Below are positions 58,634-64,000 of a DNA stretch of 64,000 bases, piece after piece. Origin of the DNA: Octopus vulgaris (Eukaryota). How positions within the stretch are numbered: the first letter of the stretch is position 1; every line of letters begins with the position of its first letter. The stretch is taken from contig OX597836.1 of the NCBI GenBank assembly GCA_951406725.2, positions 11,780,001 to 11,844,000 on the forward strand, in the 5' to 3' direction. Position numbers and translations under genes: made by a program. The notes beneath the pieces were generated by a model. The model ran no database searches. It was not told the origin of the DNA and saw only the letters and a program-made list of their open reading frames with translations.

Positions 58634-59150
58634 AATACATATACACACATACACATACACAACATTATATATGCTGACTCAAACGTCAGGATAGGTATAA
58701 TCGTGTAACTTCTCCTACACTTTCTCTAACAGTGTGTGTGTGTTTGCGTGTGTGTGTGCACGCGCGTGTGTGAATGTGTGTGTGTTGTTGTTTTTGTTGT
58801 TATTTTTGTTGTTTTTGTTGTTGTTGTTGTCGTTGGAAAAGATGCGAATCTACGTGTTGACGTCATTCAGAAATGTGTCCGTTTCAAAAAAATGGCTTAG
58901 AATTTACTCTCCTCTGTTGATATGACAGGATGCAAAATTCTGCAGTTCTGATAGTTGTACGGCATCGAAATGAATTGAAACGAATTTTGAGCAAAACGTC
59001 CACTGTTGAAAAATACATTAGACGCCATATTTTGTGACCACAATGTACTTTTCAGTCAAAAATCTCTGAAATCATAGAATTAAATTATAATATTTTATGT
59101 TGTATGTATTCATACATGCATTTATGTTTATATATATATATATATATATA

Positions 59151-59560
59151 GGCGTAGGAGTGGCTGTGTGGTAAGTAGATTGCTTACCAACCACATGGTT
59201 CCGGGTTCAGTCCCACTGCGTGGCACCTTGGGCAAGTGTCTTCTACTATAGCCTCGGGCCGACCAATGCCTTGTGAGCGGATTTGGTAGATGGAAACTGA
59301 AAGAAGCCGTCGTATATTTGTATGTGTATGTGTATGTGTATACGTTTGTGTGTATGTGTTTGTCCCCCCAACATCGCTTGACAACCGATGCTAGTGCGTT
59401 TACGGCCCCGTAACTTAGCGGTTCGGCAAAAGAGACCGATAGAATAAGTACTAGGCTTACAAAAAATATAAGTCCTGAGGTCGATTTGCTCAACTAAAGG
59501 TGGTGCTCCAGCATGACCACAGTCAAATGACTGAAACAAGTAAAAGAGTAAAAGAGAGTA
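59151..59560 (+). mobile_element. SINE-A
   Basis: Full length. Confidence 0.9.
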
Positions 59561-60200
59561 AAGAATATATATATATATATATAATTTATAAACACAATAC
59601 TTGTTGTAATGAGAGTTTCCTAGACAGTATTTTTGATACGTTTACTGTCCCAGCACAATCTTCAGGTACTACTTACGCGTAATGCCATGTGGGCAGTGCC
59701 TGAAGATTGTACTGTGACACCAAACATGTAAAAAAAATATTGTCTGGCATGATCCCGACACATGAAACTAATAGCACATAAAAACATATATTGTGTTTAT
59801 TAGACAATATTTTGTCTCACCAGATATAATGCATTTTTTGTTGATCCTATTTATCATCACGGAAGAGTATACTTGAGTTACGTTTTATAGTATCGTCTGC
59901 TTTAATGAAATGTTTAACCTGAGAATAGCAAGCTCCAGTTATGTGCGCCCGCGCGTGTGTGTGTGTACTTGTGTAGTGTTAAAACTTCATATAGAATAAC
60001 ATTATCCAATCAGGTTCGAGTATAGTTGTTAGTCAACCACTGTACTTAGCAGTGTTACTAGTTATAATATACTGACTATATGTAGCGGGGGGGGGATTAA
60101 GATATAAATTATTGGTTCCTGCGTTTGGTTTCCTCGTGAAACATACGGAGAAACTAATAATTTGCGCTTGAGTTCTTCTTAATTTTCCCCTCTATATATC

Positions 60201-60237
<37 letters not shown>

Positions 60238-60376
60238 GGGGGGAGAGAGAGAGGCAGACAGAGAGTATAAAAGAGACAGAGAGATCGACAGAAGCAGACA
60301 AATATATATATGTGTGTATGTACTATATTTACGTTTGTATGAATATATTTTTATTATATATTCCAGCATATATATA

Positions 60377-60439
<63 letters not shown>

Positions 60440-60457
60440 ATATATATGTAAATATAT

Positions 60458-60552
<95 letters not shown>

Positions 60553-60731
60553 TATGCAGATGCATATATGTGTGTGTATCTTTATATACGTGTAACCCTA
60601 CGCGCAACAAAGAAAAAGAACGCGCGCACATACCATTAACATAGGGATAGATATAACGGCATTTGCTGTCTGGATCAATTGCTGGTTATTCTAGTTTTCC
60701 TTTTTTTATGCACACACACACACAAACACAT

Positions 60732-60810
<79 letters not shown>

Positions 60811-60915
60811 GTGTGTGTGTGTGTATATATGATTGATTGATTGATTCCAGTTTCAGCTCATGAGCTGTGATGTTGGGGCACCGCCATTTTGCTGGGGCAC
60901 CGCCATATATATATG

Positions 60916-60982
<67 letters not shown>

Positions 60983-60987
60983 ATATG

Positions 60988-61049
<62 letters not shown>

Positions 61050-61340
61050 ATGTATTTGTGTGTGCATGTGTGTGTGTGTGTGTAATCAGTGTTACTCTTA
61101 GAATGGTCAATCTGTTTGAATAATCCTATTCTCTTATTAACCGGATCGATATACTAAAAATATATCTAATATATACTTACGTGCTTTATAACTACCTATA
61201 ATTTCCTCTCTTAATATCGCTTTTTTTTTTTTTTTTTAAAAAAGCAGCGAAGATACGAGCGGACAGATTCCGGCCACTAACCATCGAGATGGACTTTGGT
61301 ATTTTTGTTTCTGTTATTTTTTATTTTTATTTTATTTTTA

Positions 61341-61371
<31 letters not shown>

Positions 61372-61639
61372 TTATTTTTATTTTTATTTTTATTTTTATT
61401 TTTATTTTTATTTTTATTTTTATTTTTATTTTTATTTTTTTTCTTCCTCTAACTTTTACTGTCGTTCGGCCTCGCTCTCTCTCTCTCTCTCTCTCTCACT
61501 CTCGCTTTCATTATTTTTCTCTTTCTTCTCCTTTTGCTTTTTCTTCTGGTCCTGGTGATTGTCATTTATTCTTGTTGTTGCTATTATTGCTGCTGTTGCC
61601 GTTTTGTTGTTGTTGTTGTTGTTTTGGCTGCTGCTGCTG

Positions 61640-62095
<456 letters not shown>

Positions 62096-62207
62096 GGAAT
62101 AAGCCACTCTTTCAAGAAAATAATCTGTTTTTATTTCGTACGTAATTAGACTGATTATGTTTCCGAATACAGAAGCTGTATTTTATGTAATTATTATTAT
62201 TATTATT

Positions 62208-62400
62208 GGCTCAATCGTTAGAGCATCTTTAGCGGCTTTTGTTGCGGGTACTTACATACTGAGTTCAAATCCTGCCCAGGTGAGCTTTGTATTTTATCTT
62301 CTCGGTGTCGACAAAATAAGTACCAGTTGAGCACTCTGGATCGATGTTATCGACTGACATCCTCCCCTTTAATTTTCTGGACTTGTACCAAAATTTAAAA
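62208..62400 (+). mobile_element. Diverged SINE-B monomer
   Basis: B-box and core are recognisable. Confidence 0.65.
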
Positions 62401-62407
62401 CGCCATA

Positions 62408-62830
62408 GGCGCAGGCGTGTCTATGTGGTACGAATCTTGCTTTCCAACCACAGAGCTCCGTGTTCAGTCCCACAGCGTGATACCTTTGGCAATTTTTGGC
62501 AAGTATATTCTACCAAAGTCTACAGCCGGCTAAGCGCTTGAGAGTCGATTTGGTAGACGGAAACTGAAAGAAGCCTATCTTGTGTATGCATATTTATGCA
62601 TATATATGTGTGTATGTGTGTGTGTGTGTGTTTTGTGTTTGTCCCACGCCATTGCTTGACAACCGGTGCTGGTGTGTTTATGTTCCCGAATTTAGCGGGA
62701 CGGAGCCGACAGGATAAGTGCCAGGCTTTAATTATAAGTTCTGTAGTCGATTCCTTCCACACAGCCTTCTTCGAGACGATGCTCCAGAATGGCCGCAGTC
62801 TAATGTCTGAAGCAAATAAAGGGATAAAAG
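62408..62830 (+). mobile_element. Diverged SINE-A
   Basis: Colinear. Confidence 0.8.
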
Positions 62831-62890
62831 AATCAAATCTATTTCAATTCGGTTGAAGAGCCAGACAAAATTTTGGGCGGTAATGATAAA

Positions 62891-63335
<445 letters not shown>

Positions 63336-63559
63336 ATATTACCTTTTCAAAATAATATCAATCCCTTCATGAAATTTTGGTGTGGAGTATGGTTAAACGA
63401 TTGAGTCGATACCAATGGTCAAACAGTATTTATATCACCGACCTCAAAAGGACGGAAGGCGAAGTCGAACTCGGCGGAATTTGACAAACGAAATGCTTCT
63501 AAGACCAACAGACCAACGATAGCAAAGCATTTTGTTCGACGCACTAATGCTTTTACCGT

Positions 63560-63943
63560 GGGGGCGCAATGGCCCAGTGGTTAGGACAGCGGACTCGCGA
63601 TCATAGGATCGCGGTTTCGATTCCCAGACCGGGCGTTGTGAGTGTTTATTGAGCGAAAACACCTAAAAGCTCCACGAGGCTCCAGCAGGGGATGGTGGTG
63701 ATCCCTGCTGTACTCTTTCACCACAACTTTCTCTCACTCTTACTTCCTGTTTCCGTTGTACCTGTATTTCAAGGGGCCGGCCTTGTCACTCTCTGTGTCA
63801 CGCTGAATATCCCCGAGAACTACGTTAAGGGTGCACGTGTCTGTGGAGTGTTCAGCCACTTTACACGTTAATTTCACGAGCAGGCTGTTCCGTTGATTCG
63901 GATCAACCGGAACCCTCGTCGTCGTAACCGACAGAGTGCTTCC
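63560..63943 (+). mobile_element. SINE-C nested in a SINE-B head, 13-bp TSD
   Basis: TAATGCTTTTACC at 63545-63557 and 63952-63964. The minus-strand SINE-B resumes after the TSD. Confidence 0.9.
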
Positions 63944-64000
63944 CTCTCCCTTAATGCTTTTACCAATTCACCGCCTTAAAGAAACGACTATCATAAACAA

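Overview
This is AT-rich eukaryotic DNA, intergenic or intronic, dominated by microsatellites (TA, CA, ATGT, GATA, AAT, TTC, GGT/AGT). Almost all ORFs in the supplied track are translations of those repeats. From recalled repeat consensus sequences (no search was run), it looks like an octopus/coleoid cephalopod genome. No host protein-coding gene can be identified; only weak splice-site-bounded micro-exon candidates exist. The non-microsatellite sequence is mostly transposon-derived. (1) Four tRNA-headed SINE families, labelled A-D here. (2) Penelope-like element (PLE) remnants: a 250-codon RT-thumb/GIY-YIG ORF at 38.9-39.7 kb, 'GLYRDDGL'-type RT relics at 22 kb and 52-56 kb, and several pLTR-like repeats with fold-back palindromes. 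(3) Internally deleted mariner elements, two RLE-type (R4/NeSL-like) LINE relics, a zinc-knuckle LINE ORF1 relic and a Helitron-type non-autonomous element. The best leads are a near-canonical type I hammerhead ribozyme at 12127-12197 (minus), degenerate hammerhead-like cores in other repeats, SINE-B multimers with a palindromic, covarying junction, a duplication holding a monomer versus a trimer at the same site, interlocked inverted repeats at 41.1-41.8 kb, and a pri-miRNA-like hairpin at 59.6-59.7 kb. SINE boundaries are approximate to a few bases.
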